From positions 370,388,001-370,452,000 of the forward strand of contig OZ024743.1 in assembly GCA_964016885.1 (NCBI GenBank): a stretch of 64,000 nt of DNA, written 5' to 3'. Each line of letters opens with the position of its first letter. Within the stretch, counting starts at the first letter, position 1. A program made the position numbers and the translations under genes. Under the pieces are notes generated by a model. That model ran no database searches and was not told where the DNA came from. It saw only the letters and a program-made list of their open reading frames with translations. The stretch comes from Eledone cirrhosa (taxonomy: Eukaryota). Shown piece by piece: positions 49,501 through 63,785 of this stretch.

Positions 49501-50941
49501 AATAAGAGGGGAGTCATCTCATGGTCATTAACTTGTCTTTTGATTTCTCTTTTTTTTCTGCACTTGGAAGATGTATGATATTGCTTGATGACAAGGGGAT
49601 TGTACATGTGGTTAGGTATTTTCCTGTAGCCATTTTACTACCTTTTGCAGCACTAATATGGTTAATGTCAGCCCTGTATAGCTAAGGTTTATTATTGTAG
49701 ATGTAAGTTTCATAATGTTGGTATGGTTTACTGAATGGATTCCCTCATCAACAACCAATTACGGTGTGGGCTGGGTGTATTTTACTGTTGCACCAGCACT
49801 ACAGATGTTATCTGTAATAACTAAAATGTCTGCTTTTCACTTTTTCAGTTTTTTTAAACTTCATAGTCAGTGCTCTCCATAATTACAGACACCATGTCCT
49901 CATGCAAGTTACAGAATCCATGTCTCCTCCCTTCAGAGTTACTACTCTTCTATAAAAATTGCCTTCATTGTGACTTTATGAAGTTGACAGCTTCCCTCTG
50001 TAGACATTCAGTCTGAGTTTACAGTAGTAAAATTATAGTTGTAAATCATCATATAGTAGAAAATATGGAAAGAATGCAAATGAGATAAGAAACTATTTTA
50101 GGTAAGAGACATAATAAAGGAACTGGAAGTTGGAAGGAAGGGGCACAATGGAAGTGTGTATATCAGGTGAGTGGAAAGGTAGAGTGTGAGGAGGTATGTT
50201 AAGTAGAATATAAGAGGAACACAAGTAGAAAATTGGAATGAAGGGAAGAGAAGAAAGTCATATAAGAGGAGGGAAATAACAGTAGATAGGAGAATAAATG
50301 GTAAATGAAGGTTATTGAGAAGGGATGTTGAAGTCTTTCATATGGGTTGTTTGTGAGAATGATACTGTGAGACATAGTGGTTATGGAAGAGAACGTTTAG
50401 AGAGAAATTTATGAACATATTAAAAAAATTGTACAATTCTATCTCATTAATGAATAGCAATTAAAATCATTTAAAAGAATTGAAAAACTTTAACTTTTAA
50501 TGGAACAATATTTATCTATGCTAAACAATAGTTGTTGGTTGCATAATTGATTTAAAGGTGGCCATATTACAATACATGTATACACACATACACAAACACA
50601 AACACACATACATGCACAAACACACAAACAAACACACAAACACATACACCCACACCCATACACACACACACATACACATATATATATATATCATCATTAT
50701 CATCCTCATCATCACGTCCGTTTTTTCCATGTTTGCCTGGGTTGGACAGGTCCTTCTCAGCACATCATCTCTCAACTCACTGTGTAGTGGGATCAGACCC
50801 TCTTACTGCTATTTCAAACGTTAAACTAATATATTTTTCGATGTATTGTGCTGTTTGTTTTTGTTGTTTTTGTTATTTCTGTTTACCTTTTACATGCATA
50901 TACACACACATACATATATATATATGTAGATATGTATATAG

Positions 50942-51000
<59 letters not shown>

Positions 51001-51003
<3 letters not shown>

Positions 51004-51781
51004 GGGAATCAGTAAAATCGAATCTCTGGCGGTTTGCAAGTAAATTCGGCCTACTTATATGAAATGATGAGTTAGCAAAGCACTCGATAAGATAGGTCTC
51101 AGAGTTATAACATACGTTTAAATAGCTTGACAAATCGAACATTGTGGTAGGCGAAACTAACACACAATATATACCAAAGGAACGATAGAACTAATCAGGT
51201 TGAGAAAAATACACCTGGACAAATCAAACGGGCATACGTTTAAAGTGTTTCTCTGAATCCGAAATCAAATATCAGACTTACTTGAATGGCAAGATCGTGG
51301 TATTGGTGACTGAACAGAGGACTCAGTTTATCAACAGATTTTCGTTCTGCTTAGAACCAGGAGTGATAAAATATGTTGCCGCTCGTATGGCAGCTAATCG
51401 AATCTATAGTTATCACGTGTTAATTCCGGCAAGGGAAATAACCCCCGGTTTTTGGCGAGTCAATTCAAATGCTAGCGAATGGAAATATTTTAATTTCCGC
51501 TAATCATCATGATAAGCTCTCGACTAGATGTTATAAAACTAACACAAATAATTAACCAATCAACAGAATTTTCCAATTAAATTAATTGGTTAATTATTAA
51601 ATCTAGGAGATTAATATAATTGGGAATCAGTAAAATCGAATCTCTGGCGGTTTGCAAGTAAATTCGGCCTACTTATATGAAATGATGAGTTAGCAAAGCA
51701 CTCGATAAGATAGGTCTCAGAGTTATAATATACGTTTAAATAGCTTGACAAATCGAACATTGTGGTAGGCGAAACTAACAC

Positions 51782-51788
<7 letters not shown>
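51001..51788. repeat. Non-coding element with 170-bp terminal direct repeats, inserted in (TA)n
   Basis: 51001-51170 equals 51619-51788 except one visible mismatch; (TA)n on both sides. Confidence 0.85.
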
Positions 51789-51827
<39 letters not shown>

Positions 51828-51831
<4 letters not shown>

Positions 51832-54009
51832 TAAACGGAATAGAAAATGCTGACAAATTGTTCACAGTTGAAAAATGGTTTAATTAGGAATAAAAGAGTA
51901 TTAGTGATTGTATGGGTTAGTATTCAGTTGTGGTTTTAAGTTTTTAAGTTTTTACCGGTTGCGCATTTCTAAATGCTTTTCAAAAATAATTTTGAGATAG
52001 AGTGTCCGTGCTGTTTGCTCTGATCTGATTAGTTTTGGGAATTCTACCTGTTTTTATGTTAAAAAAATGGCTCCAGCGTTATTTTTGTGTTGCAAAAATG
52101 CTTGTGGTCAAAACAATTTTGATTGGTCGGTAGAGGTCATGTGAATGTAAAAAGTTGATTTTGCGCCAAGACTGTTTTTATGTTAAAATGTTAAAAAAGT
52201 GGCTCCAGCAAAAATTATTGGTCAAAACAATTTTGATTGGTCGGTAGAGGTCATGTGCATAAAAAATTGGTTTTGCGCCAAGATTGAGAAATGTAGTCAA
52301 CCTATACTCCAACATCCCCCACAACCTAGGAATAGAAGCTATCCAATTCTGGCTGGATAACTTCCACAATGAACTCCCACAACGCATCAAAAAAGAATTC
52401 GTGATAGAGGGACTCAAATTTATCTTGGAGAACAATTACTTCGTTTTCAATAACAAACCCTACAGGCAGAAATCTGGGACCGCTATGGGAACGAAAACCG
52501 CCCCTACTTATGCCAACCTAGTCATGGGATACCTGGAAATCACCCTCTACACTAAAGTCCTAAACAAATTTGGAAACACTCTCCACTTACACATTGAAAG
52601 GAACTGGAAGCGATATCTAGATGACTGCTTCATCCTTTGACACGAAAACATCGAGAAACTTAAAGAATTTCACACCCTTATAAATAGGCTCAACACGAAT
52701 ATTAACTTCATGATGGAATACAGCCATCAACAACTCACCTTCCTCGACATCCTCATTAAGATCCATAACAAAAAAATAGAAACAGACATATACTACAAGC
52801 CCACAGACTCCAAGCAATACCTCCCCTTCAACTCTTGCCACCCTAGACACGTTAAAATTAATATTCCCTACAACTTAGCCAAGAGAATCTGTACTATAGT
52901 CTCCAATAAAAACATCTGCTACTTACGGCTACAAGAACTAAAGGACACACTCATAGGCAGGGACTACCCTGCATCACTAATTGACAATGGAATCCAACGT
53001 GCCCTAAAACTGAGTACCCAGGACCTTAGACACCCTAAAGTAAATCAACCAAAACTAAAAGCTCTTCCATACATCTCCACACACAACCCCCTCAACAATG
53101 AGGCCTTTGACACCATCCTCCAGAACATCCCTGTATTGAAAAAGGACCATAGAATGAACCAAATTCTACGAACACACGATATCATAAAGAGCAAAAGACA
53201 ATCCAAGTCAATGAAAAACATCTTAACACATGCCAAAGTACTGCCAACCACAACAACGAAACCCACAGTAAAAAAATGCGATAGACCCAACTGTGGCATT
53301 TGCATCAACCTAATAGAGGGTTCGGAATTCTATTTCAAAGATGGACAATGTTTTATAGTAAAACACAATTTCACATGTGCATCGGAAAATTTAATATATG
53401 TATTAACTTGTTCAGGTTGTCGAGAACAATACATAGGCCAGACCAAAAACAGCCTCCGCCAACGCATGACTGTCCATAGATCCCAAATTAAAATACGGGA
53501 ATACAGGAAAATACCACTGAGTGAACACATTGATACCTGTGCCGCCCAAAATCATCCCAACTTCAGAATCTTTCCCCTCTACAAATTTAAAGATAATGCC
53601 ACCCACACCCAGCGCATCAGCAAGGAATCTTACTTCATTAACAAATACGGACCCCGTCTAAACACTTCTCCCTAAGACGAACCCACAACATACACACGTC
53701 AACATACATACCTACATCAGCACACATCTCTACCCACATATAAACACAATGACACACGTAAACACACATGCTCTATGGTGCAATACAAAAAAATATATGT
53801 GCATATATATGTATGTATATATGTATATATATATATATGTAGTGAAAAATATATATGTGTGTGTGTGTGTGTATATATATATAGTGAATATCATTTCACA
53901 CCTTTTATTGTTAAGATTGTTGATGTTCTATTAAGAGAACCGATTTTACTGAAAAAATCGAATAATGTACACCATTTTACCAGGGGGAAAAAAATACTGG
54001 TCCACCCAC

Positions 54010-54054
<45 letters not shown>

Positions 54055-54187
54055 AACACATACACACGCGTACATCAACATACAAAGAGACTTATACACA
54101 CACACACACACACACACACACTTCTCCGTATAAGACAAAAGCTGAAAAATATCTTTTGACCTTCGAATGACTCTGCTGTGTGTATGT

Positions 54188-54225
<38 letters not shown>

Positions 54226-54294
54226 ATCTTAATAGCCATTTGACACACATCGCTGGTGGCTATTGTCGCAGCATCGAACACCTTACTACTACTA

Positions 54295-54360
<66 letters not shown>

Positions 54361-54841
54361 TTGTTGTGAAAGAGTCATTTCTCAATCTTGGCGCAAAACC
54401 AATTTTTTATCCACATGACCTCTACCGACCAATCAAAATTGTTTTGACCAATAATTTTTGCTGGAGCCACTTTTCTAACATTTTAACATAAAAACAGTCT
54501 TGGCGCAAAATCAACTTTTTACATTCACATGACCTCTACCGACCAATCAAAATTGTTTTGACCACAAGCATTTTTGCAACACAAAAATAACGCTGGAGCC
54601 ATTTTTTTAACATAAAAACAGGTAGAATTCCCAAAACTAATCAGATCAGAGCAAACAGCACGGACACTCTATCTCAAAATTATTTTTGAAAAGCATTTAG
54701 AAATGCGCAACCGGTAAAAACTTAAAAACTTAAAACCACAACTGAATACTAACCCATACAATCACTAATACTCTTTTATTCCTAATTAAACCATTTTTCA
54801 ACTGTGAACAATTTGTCAGCATTTTCTATTCCGTTTACCAA
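51828..54841 (+). mobile_element. 5'-truncated Penelope-like element bracketed by 466-bp inverted repeats
   Basis: RT (LYSNIP, GTAMG, RYLDD) and GIY-YIG (LIY..C..C..QYIGQT..LRQR..H) in one frame 52284-53675 with a single TGA; IR arms 51828-52293 and 54376-54841. Confidence 0.93.
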
Positions 54842-54876
54842 TATATAATAACTTGTGTGTTACACCTCTATTCTTT

Positions 54877-54959
<83 letters not shown>

Positions 54960-54961
<2 letters not shown>

Positions 54962-57900
54962 TTATCATCATCATCGTTTAACGTCTATCTCCCACTTGAG
55001 GCAAGATTGGTCGGGTGACCGTGGCTCGCTCAAATAGGACTATTTGGCAGGTTTTCTACGACTGGATGCCCTTCCTAACACCAACTATATTTACAGTCTG
55101 GACTGGGAGGTTTTTACCGTGTTACCTACACGACATTACAGCATGGACTGTGTGTTCTTTTGTCGTGACACGTACACGACCTCATTAGTTCGGACTGGAC
55201 GTTGTTGTACCAACATAACTTTATAGAGAAAGGGAGGTGTTGGCGGGAGTGGAAGGATGGAGTAGGGGTAGTGACTGTAGGTTAACTTTGCATGTAGTGA
55301 AGGCGGGTCTTCTGTATTACTGCGTGGAGCTAAAGATCTCAATCCAGTGACATTGTCTTAGGGAGGTACAAGTGTGCAAGGTCAGAATATTTCATGTCGT
55401 CCCAGGTTTTTCTGGGTCTACCTACTCCGTAATTTCCATCAATTTTGATCGCTCTGCACTTTTTATACAGCTGTCGTCTTCCATGCGCATCACGTGACCA
55501 TATCAATGTAGTCTTCTCTCGAGTAAACAGCATCTGATCCCTCTTATTCCTAATTTCTCATTTAGTTCATTTATGTTTTACTGTTCATGTATATTACTAT
55601 ACACATCCAGTGAAGCATGCATGCTTCGTTCCTTTCCAGTCTGTGCAAGTCATCTGCACACAATGCCCATGTCTCACTGCCATGTAACATTGCTGTTCGT
55701 ATGCAGGCATCATACAGTCTACCTTTCATTTTTAGAGAGAAACCTTTTGTGGCCAACAGCGGTATAAGCTCTCTGAACTTTTTCCATCCCGTTCTAACTC
55801 AGGCTACTGTACTTTCAGAGCACCCTCCACCACTGATTTTGTCACCCAGGTAATGGAAAGTGTCCACTATTTCTATAGAACCAGCTTGCCTCTGATCCCA
55901 CTACATCTTTTATGTACCCATAGTTTGCATTTGGGACATAAAATGGAATTTCTACCTACTCCTTTCCTATACACTGAGAACGGCCATTTCCCAGAGGGCA
56001 CCTGTGCCCTATTTTCCTTTCTACATACTAGAACGTTAGTCTTAGACAAGTTAACTTTAAGGCTTTTGATTCTAGGCCATGCTTCCATGTTTGGAATTTC
56101 TTTTCTAGTTCAGTCATAGATTCAGCTATGAGCTGGGTCATCTGAGTATAGAAGTTCCCATGGGCAGCCGATCTTAAACTCCTCTGTTAAGTCTGAAGGG
56201 AAATGATAAACAGCAGGGGGCTAAGGACAGCCTTTATGAACACCATCTTTTATGCTAAATTCTTCACTATATTCATTGTTAATTCTAACCTTGCTGGCAG
56301 TTTCTTTATACATGGCTTGTATAGATCTCACAAGCCATTCATCTACACCTAGTTTTCTAAGAGCCCACCAGATAATGGAGCGGGGGACTCTGTCAAAGGC
56401 TTTCTCCAAGTCAACAAAAGCTAAGTAGAGGGGTTTACTTTTAACTAGGTACTACTCCTGTAATTGTCGTACAAAGAAATGAGCATCTGTGGTACTTTTA
56501 CCTGACACAAACCCAAACTGCATTTTATCTAGATCAATTCAATCTCTGATTAGTTGTGCTATCATTCTTTCTGTGACTTTCATGACCTGGTCAACTAACT
56601 TAATGCCTCTATAATTTCCCCTATCTAGAGCATCTCCTTTACCCTTGTAGCAGTTAATGATGCTGCTGCTACACCAGTCATTTGGTGTGACCCCATTCTG
56701 TATTACTTGGTAACATCTCAGCAACTATCTCCGAAGGCCCAGCTGCCTTGTCTGTCTTCATATCTTTGATTGCCTTACTTATTATACTACCTTTAACTTG
56801 CACCGCTGGTCCCTATATTGGATCGATTTGGGGCAGACTATCTTTTTCCCATTTATTCTCCTCATCTAGTAGACTCTTGTAATGACAATTCCAATCTACC
56901 TCCTTATCAGTGAGGGCAAGTACACCGTCATCATTACAGACACACTTCTCCCCGACAATTTCACGGTTTTCCTTGACATATAGTCTTGTAATCCTGAACA
57001 CCTCACATTTTTGGTCCTCATGTTGTAGAACATGCATGAACTTTCTATCCTCTGCTTCCCTTCTAGCAAAGTACACTTGTCTCCTAGCTTCTCTCCTGGC
57101 TACTTGATAGTGCTCTCTACTTCCCCCATCCCGCCATACTTTCCAAGCCTACTTTTTGGCCTTGATTGTCTCCTCCACCTTACTGTTCCACCACCAAGTT
57201 ACTCTCCTCCTGCCTATAGGTCTGCTCCAACCACAGATTTCATCTGTCGCCTTCAGCAGGTTAACTTTCAAGAATTCCCACTGTTCCTCTATATTGTACA
57301 TCTCTAATTGCTCTTCCTTATTGTCAAAAGCATCAAGTAATATGCTTTTAAATTTGTTACTTCTTGTGGGGTCCTTCAACTTCCATATTCTTCTCCTCAA
57401 AGCAGTCCTCCTCTGTCATCAAGTACATTTAGTTCTGACTATGAGATCACTAACTATTAGGTTATGTTGGGAGGTGCATTCATCACGAGCGAGGGACTTA
57501 GTATTTACGACAGACACTCTGTCACGTCTTCTAGTAAGGATATAATCTATCTGGCTGGCGTGTTCCCCTGATCTATAGGTGATCAAGTGATTGTCTCATT
57601 TTTTAAAGTTTGTGTCACAGAATTCCAGGATTCTGAAGCCTTCCTCATTTCTAGTACCAAACCAATAACCTCCATGGATTCCATCATAGCCATCACAATA
57701 TTGTCCAACATGACCATTTAGGTCACCAACAATAATTATGTAGTCACTCTCGGTTATTTGGGAGGTAGTGAGCATTAGCAACTCATAGAATCTGTCTTTT
57801 ATAACATCAAGTAGGTCGGATTGGGGTGCATAAACGGATATTATTTAGAACTAGTCTTATTTTAATTATTCTGTTATTCACTCTATTTACGGCAATTACC

Positions 57901-57966
57901 TTATCTACCCATTTTTCAACTAACATAATTCCTACTCCACCTTACCCATTGTCATTTCCCACCCAG

Positions 57967-57970
<4 letters not shown>
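54960..57970 (-). mobile_element. RTE LINE, near full length, decayed
   Basis: APE (VGDLNGHVG), VTWWWN, RGNYRGIKL, EKAFDRVPR, MLHGSETW, GRPRKTW, 3' UTR with (GAT)n tail. Confidence 0.9.
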
Positions 57971-57998
<28 letters not shown>

Positions 57999-58029
57999 AT
58001 ATAATTATATATATATTTTGTTATACTTG

Positions 58030-58312
58030 GGGAGGGTCATATTGTTATAATATTGCCAGAAATAATAACAGAACACACTCACTGTTTGGTTTGGGTTGGT
58101 TTTCGCTATATCTTTCTGTATCTTTTATATCTCTATAGTTAATTTATTTGGCAATCAAGGTTTATCATTGATTGACCAGCAGTTAAAAATACAGATATAA
58201 ATATAGATATATATATAGTCTATCAAAGTTCTTTCGTCACACATCTGCGACCTCATCAGTGGTACTATTATGTTTCCTCCCATTGTATTGTAAAGTTTAC
58301 GCCATTTTTATT

Positions 58313-58347
<35 letters not shown>

Positions 58348-61010
58348 TTCTTGTCTCTGTCTCTGCGCATGCATTTGCGTGTGTGTTTGGTTTGTGTGTT
58401 CGCGTTTGAGTGTATGTTTTTGTTTTTGTATTCTATCTTTGTTCACTAATGTGTGTTTATATGTGTTTGTTGTTATTGTACTTGTGTATATATTTATTTA
58501 TTTATATTTCACTTAAGTAAGTATTGTTTGTTTGGGTATGGTTGTTATTCCATTCGTTATTTCTGTTCAACTTCGGTCTTCTTAGTTCTATCACAGTTGC
58601 TTCATATAGTACTGAACCACTTTTTTGTCCTTTTTAGTTCCCCCCAGTGTTGGTCTATTCTTTTTCCTATGCTTCGAGCTGTCTCACCTATGTATGTCAT
58701 TGTCATGTTTCTGCAAGTACCCTCTGTATATATCATGCTATAGACTACATTTCTAGTTTTACTATTTATCTGGGAGTTCATTCTACATATAACACATTTC
58801 TTATTCATACAGTGGGTTTTCTTAAAGTGTTGCTGATCAGAGATTTTATGGTAGTTACTGGCTTTTCTACCACTTTAATCTTTAGATGGGTTTTTCTTAG
58901 GGTCTTTCTACATTGCTTAGCTAATTTCCCTCCAAGGGTAGCATCCATGAGCATGACACTCTGGCATCGCTGGTTGTCGTACCATGAAGTGGCTTTCCCT
59001 ATCTTATGCTTAGTATAATGGTCAAATTCCTTTCATGTCCATTTCTAGAAGGGTCTTATATTTCTGCGTGGCTCCTTTGTATACTCTGTTACTGTCTCTT
59101 TGGTTGTAGCCAGAGAACTGCATGCAATTGATGAAGTGTTGGATGTGTCTTTCCATTTCAGTTGGGTCGCACATGTGGGACACATTCTTCATCACTCTTA
59201 CCAAGTCTGCGATCAGAATATTAAACTTAGCACTATTGAACATAGCTGAGTTTTTGAGTATCAGGTATTTGAAGGCCATGGGTTTAGCACAGTGTGAGTG
59301 GAGAATTTGGTCCCTCTCATATATAGTGTTAATCCTGAGTTCCGTGTCTATACTTGTTAGGGTGTTTGGCAGGGTGGTCAACGGTTACAGTTATACTCTG
59401 GTGTATGGAGTTAGCTATCTGTTGGATGCTCTCCATTGTGCTAATTTCTAATTCATATTTATTAGTACTCACTTGTGGGGGTATTCTTATTACTATATTA
59501 ATATCGTCTACATAACGAGAGTACATGACGAAGGCTATGGCATTCTCTTCAAGGAGTTCTCTGAGTCTCCTCTCCCACCATACCATAAATAGATTGGCAA
59601 CATTGCCAGCTATGCTGACGCCAATGGCTGCTCCCTCATTCTGGGTGTAGGTCTTTTTATTAAATTTAAACATATGGCCTTTTAGGGTAATTTTAATACT
59701 AGCCCCTATTGCATGTGCGATCATTTTTCTCACCTGATCATTGTTTTTGGGTGTCCGTGTGGCTTTAGTCCATCCATTCCATCTTCCTATGGAAGTCTTT
59801 TTAGCCATTGAGGTTATGGTTGGGGTCTACTTCTTATAGGTCTACTAGAGCAGAATCAGCTAAGGTCATGATTATCTAGGTATTCGGTGTCATAAGTAAG
59901 TCCAAGTAGGAGGCCCAGTTCATCTGTGTCAACGTCGCAGAACTCCACTTCACTCTCACTGATTATTTCCACACATTGTTTCACAGCAAAATCAATGTTA
60001 ATAGATGGGTACAGAGATACTACATCCATACTGCCTATTATGCAGTTAGTTAAGTTTTTGTTGTTGTTGCATTCATTGACTCTACTGGGGAGGTCCTCTG
60101 TGCTGTCGCATATATCTGGAGACATCTTAATTATAGGGCGTATAATCATAGAGAGGAAGTAGGAGATCCTGTAGTTGCTAGCAATATTGACTCCGCATAT
60201 AGGTCTTGTTGTTGGTCCTGTCATAGGGTTGTTGGTTGTTTTATGGTCTTTGCGGAGTCCATATAAGGGTAGTATGTCGTTGTTAGATGCTTGGAAGTTG
60301 TTGGCTGTGTGTCTACTTGGCTTTAGGATGTCGGTCAACATCATCATGTAAGCGTTGAGGATCTTTTCTCTCTCGTCATGTGTTTATTGTGTTGTTTCGC
60401 TCGTGTTGATGATGTGGGATTGCATAGCCTTGATATTGTTCGGCATGCTGCCTATTGACATCCTACCAGATTTATCTGTGGGTAGATAAACTACCTCACC
60501 ATCCCTTGTGCGCTGCTTGAGGCTAAGTAGGCCTTCTACAGGTTTTCATCCAAGTTGTTGAATTTCTGGTCTGTTTTATCCCTTAGTATATTGTTCTACT
60601 ACCTGTCTAAGTTTATTTCTAGCTATGGTAAACTGTGCCTCTGTTTGGTCATCTATTTATTGTCGTATACAAACTCTTTTATGAAAAAGTAATTTAGTGG
60701 GATAAATTTTGTTCATCTTGTATGTTTTGTCAGCTGGGTTGAAGAACAGGTTCTCTAAGGGGTTGTCATTAAATCTACCATTATAGTTGGGTGTACTACT
60801 ATTATTGCCATTATGGCTGGTGTTGTTCTCTCCATTGTTATTGTTGTTGTTGTTGTTCTGCCTATCGTTAACGTTGCTGCTCTTGCTATTTCCATATAGC
60901 ACCCCGAACATTTAATTAGGAATATACTCACTTATTTCCTAATGTTTGTTGAGTGAGTTGGGATTTGGCCGGAGTATCGCTATTAGCGTTCTCCGATAAT
61001 GAATTTATAT
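58030..61010 (-). mobile_element. Penelope-like element, third lineage, decayed
   Basis: PTDKSG, LYGLRKDHK, RPIC, MDVVSLYPS, GAAIG, RYVDD, VVY...YIGETARS; boundaries approximate. Confidence 0.85.
58217..58267 (-). ncRNA. Minimal type I hammerhead motif downstream of the - strand PLE
   Basis: Reverse strand: TAGTACCA-CTGATGA-G-GTCGCA-GATG-TGTGAC-GAAA-G-AA-CTT-TGATAGACTA; 6-bp stem II intact, stem I imperfect. Confidence 0.62.
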
Positions 61011-62179
61011 ATATATATAGTTTCATGAAATAGTCTTTTTAAGACTATATAGAGCATTTGTAGATTTTTCCAAATTGAAGGATAAGTATTTACTCTTAAT
61101 TTTATTCTGAGTTAAGATTCTATTGGTTTTTTTCCCTGGATTACATAAAATCTGTGGATTAAATTTCTGTCTTGACTTTTTTTGAATTGGGATTGAATTA
61201 TTTTCCCATATCTTACGTTAAATATTTTCCATCATAATAGTCATTTATATGTATGAATTACTGTTGGCTCACATTAATTTCTCTATTTTCATATATATAT
61301 ATACATAAATTCATAAACGGAGAAAGCTATTAGCGATACTCCGACCAATTTCCAACTCACTCAACAAACATTAGGAAAGTATATTCCCAATTAAACGTTT
61401 GGAGTGCTAACTATATTGTATTGTGTGGATAATCGGCTGTATTATTTTATATGAGATATATTAAAATCTCATTCCCCATACGATCGTTTCATTATAAGAT
61501 TTCTACATGGTGGGTGACATTTTACCAAGTTATGTAGAAGCTTGCATAACATCAATGGATTCCCATGCAAGTGGGCTCTTATAAATCTTCAGTGGGCGCC
61601 CAATAATATCAATATTAATAACTAAATCAACATTAATATTTAGCCATAATCTCCATCAGTGCTAGAAAGAGCTAGGTTGTATGTCCAATAGTTCTAAAGA
61701 AAATCTTACACTGTCCCCAAATGGGAGGGGGAGGTCATCATGAAAAATAAAATAATATACACGCAGGTCATTGAACCCTGTCAAGAGTTCAAGCATCGTG
61801 CAAAGAACTCAATTGGATATGAAAAAATAAATATATGTGTGTACTGTTTTAAGGACACATAGAGGTATTTTCTCAGGCACACAGATAAATTCACCAATTA
61901 ATGGTAGGGTACAAGCCGTATGAAGAACTCAATGTAATTCGTATGTAGAAGATGTCGTGAAGCAAAGTTTAAAATACAAAATTTCAGCGATATAATTCAT
62001 TGGAAGCAGAGTCAAAATAATACAAATAGTGAAAACAATGAAATTAAACAAAATACGGGAAATTCATAGTAAAACTGATTATTTTACGATCGTTTCTGGG
62101 GGGTAGTTCTCAGTATGTTCATTCTATTAGTGATCTATGTAAAATATATTACAAATTATCAAAGTAAGAAAATATACAT

Positions 62180-63260
62180 ACGTCTTCCCTACCCGCCTAA
62201 TAACAATCACAATATTATAGTATCATCTGAAAACAAAATCTACCCTCAAAGATCTATAGATACCCAATATAACAATAGGAAACCAATTAGAAACCCTAAA
62301 AGTAACGTAACATGGCATAATGCTCCATTTAACTTTCAAACTATGGGCCAAATCCCTAAAAAACTTTTTGTAATTCTCTATAAACATTTCCCACCTAACC
62401 ACAAATACCATCAAATCTTAAACAGATATACAGTAAAATTTTCTTACTCTACATCGAGCAATATACAACAAAAAATAAGTGCATATAACATCTATAAATG
62501 TAAAAAAGCTCCATGTATACCCCTAGCACACCACACACAAACTAACTATAATAATACTACAACGCATAACCAGAATATTATTACCTATCCACCAGTTACA
62601 TACGCTCACTCACCTCACCAACACAATACATCAGCCTACAACCAACTACCATCTTCCTCATCCTTAATGGGAACTAAGAATTACATACCCAATCTGACCA
62701 ATAGTTTCCAAAACAACCATGATTCTATAAACACTATATCCCCTATAATTTCATCAACTAACAACGCTTCGAGCCATGACCACCCAACCGCAAACCCTTC
62801 TCTCTCATATAAAAATGTAAATACAAATACTAGCACTATTATTGGGAATATAGCAAGCACATCTGAAACCCTATGTTGTAATTGTTGAGTAAAAAGTAAT
62901 TGCCCCTTAAATGGAAATTGCTTAATTAATAATATAGTGTATAAATGTATAATTACCACTAAGGATTCTAATCAATCCTATATTGGATCCACATCTAATC
63001 TGTTTAAATCGAGATTTTATGCACACACCCACAGTTTTCGAAACACAAGATTAGCTAATACCACTTCTTTAGCGGAAGCAGTTAATAATTGTAAAAAGAA
63101 GAAAATTAATTATAACCTAACTTAGAAGATTCTCAAAAGAGCCATGTCTTATCAGAGCAATAGAAAGGAGTGTGGACTATGTTCCCAAGAAAATTTTTGA
63201 AATTACTAAATCGAAAGACATTTTATTAAATAAAAGACAGGAACTAATTATTGCATGTAA
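62180..63260 (+). mobile_element. PLE 3' fragment (GIY-YIG), same lineage as 36190
   Basis: HFPPNHKYHQILNRYTVKFSYS...CNC...CPLNGNC...VYKC...YIGSTS..FKSRF..H. Confidence 0.82.
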
Positions 63261-63351
63261 CCATAGAATTAGAAAGACATTCAAGTATTATAAATACAAC
63301 TAAACAAATAAAGAAAAAAATATAAAAGAAAATATATGTATATATATATAT

Positions 63352-63737
63352 CAGGGGCGAAGGGTGCGTGCATGCAACGCATGCAGTGCATGCGTTATAT
63401 AATCTTGAGTTGATCAATTGCGTCGGTTGAAGCAAGCAAAATTTTGGCTGCTTGCTAAATCGTAGACACATAAAAAGATAACACACACACCCACACACAC
63501 GTACACAAACACACGAGAGCGTCGGTTGAAGCAAGCAGAATTTGGCTGCTTACTAAATCGTAGACACATAAAAAGATAACACACACACACACACACTAGA
63601 TAACACGACATGCGGCTTTGACCGGGAGGGTCATTTAGAGGGAATTGGTGGGGGGGGGGGGTAAGGCTGCATAGCCCCGCTTTGCGCCATGGCGATTGGA
63701 CTGCATGCCCTGCTTTCCAGGTTACCCTTCGCCACTG
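63352..63737. mobile_element. MITE-like element
   Basis: TIRs CAGGGGCGAAGGGT / ACCCTTCGCCACTG between (TA)n tracts; internal 100-bp tandem duplication (GCGTCGGTTGAAGCAAGCA...). Confidence 0.7.

Positions 63738-63785
<48 letters not shown>

Noticed and set aside
52638-52640. Single in-frame TGA in an otherwise open PLE ORF as selenocysteine or readthrough
   Set aside because: It falls at the position normally Trp (DDCFxxW), so TGG to TGA nonsense is simpler. The TGA at about 62886 (CNC*) similarly aligns to Arg in the 37355 paralogue (CSCR).
53749-54491. ORFs rich in YI, HT or CV dipeptides (also 38177, 45118, 50521)
   Set aside because: Translations of (TA)n and (CA)n microsatellites.
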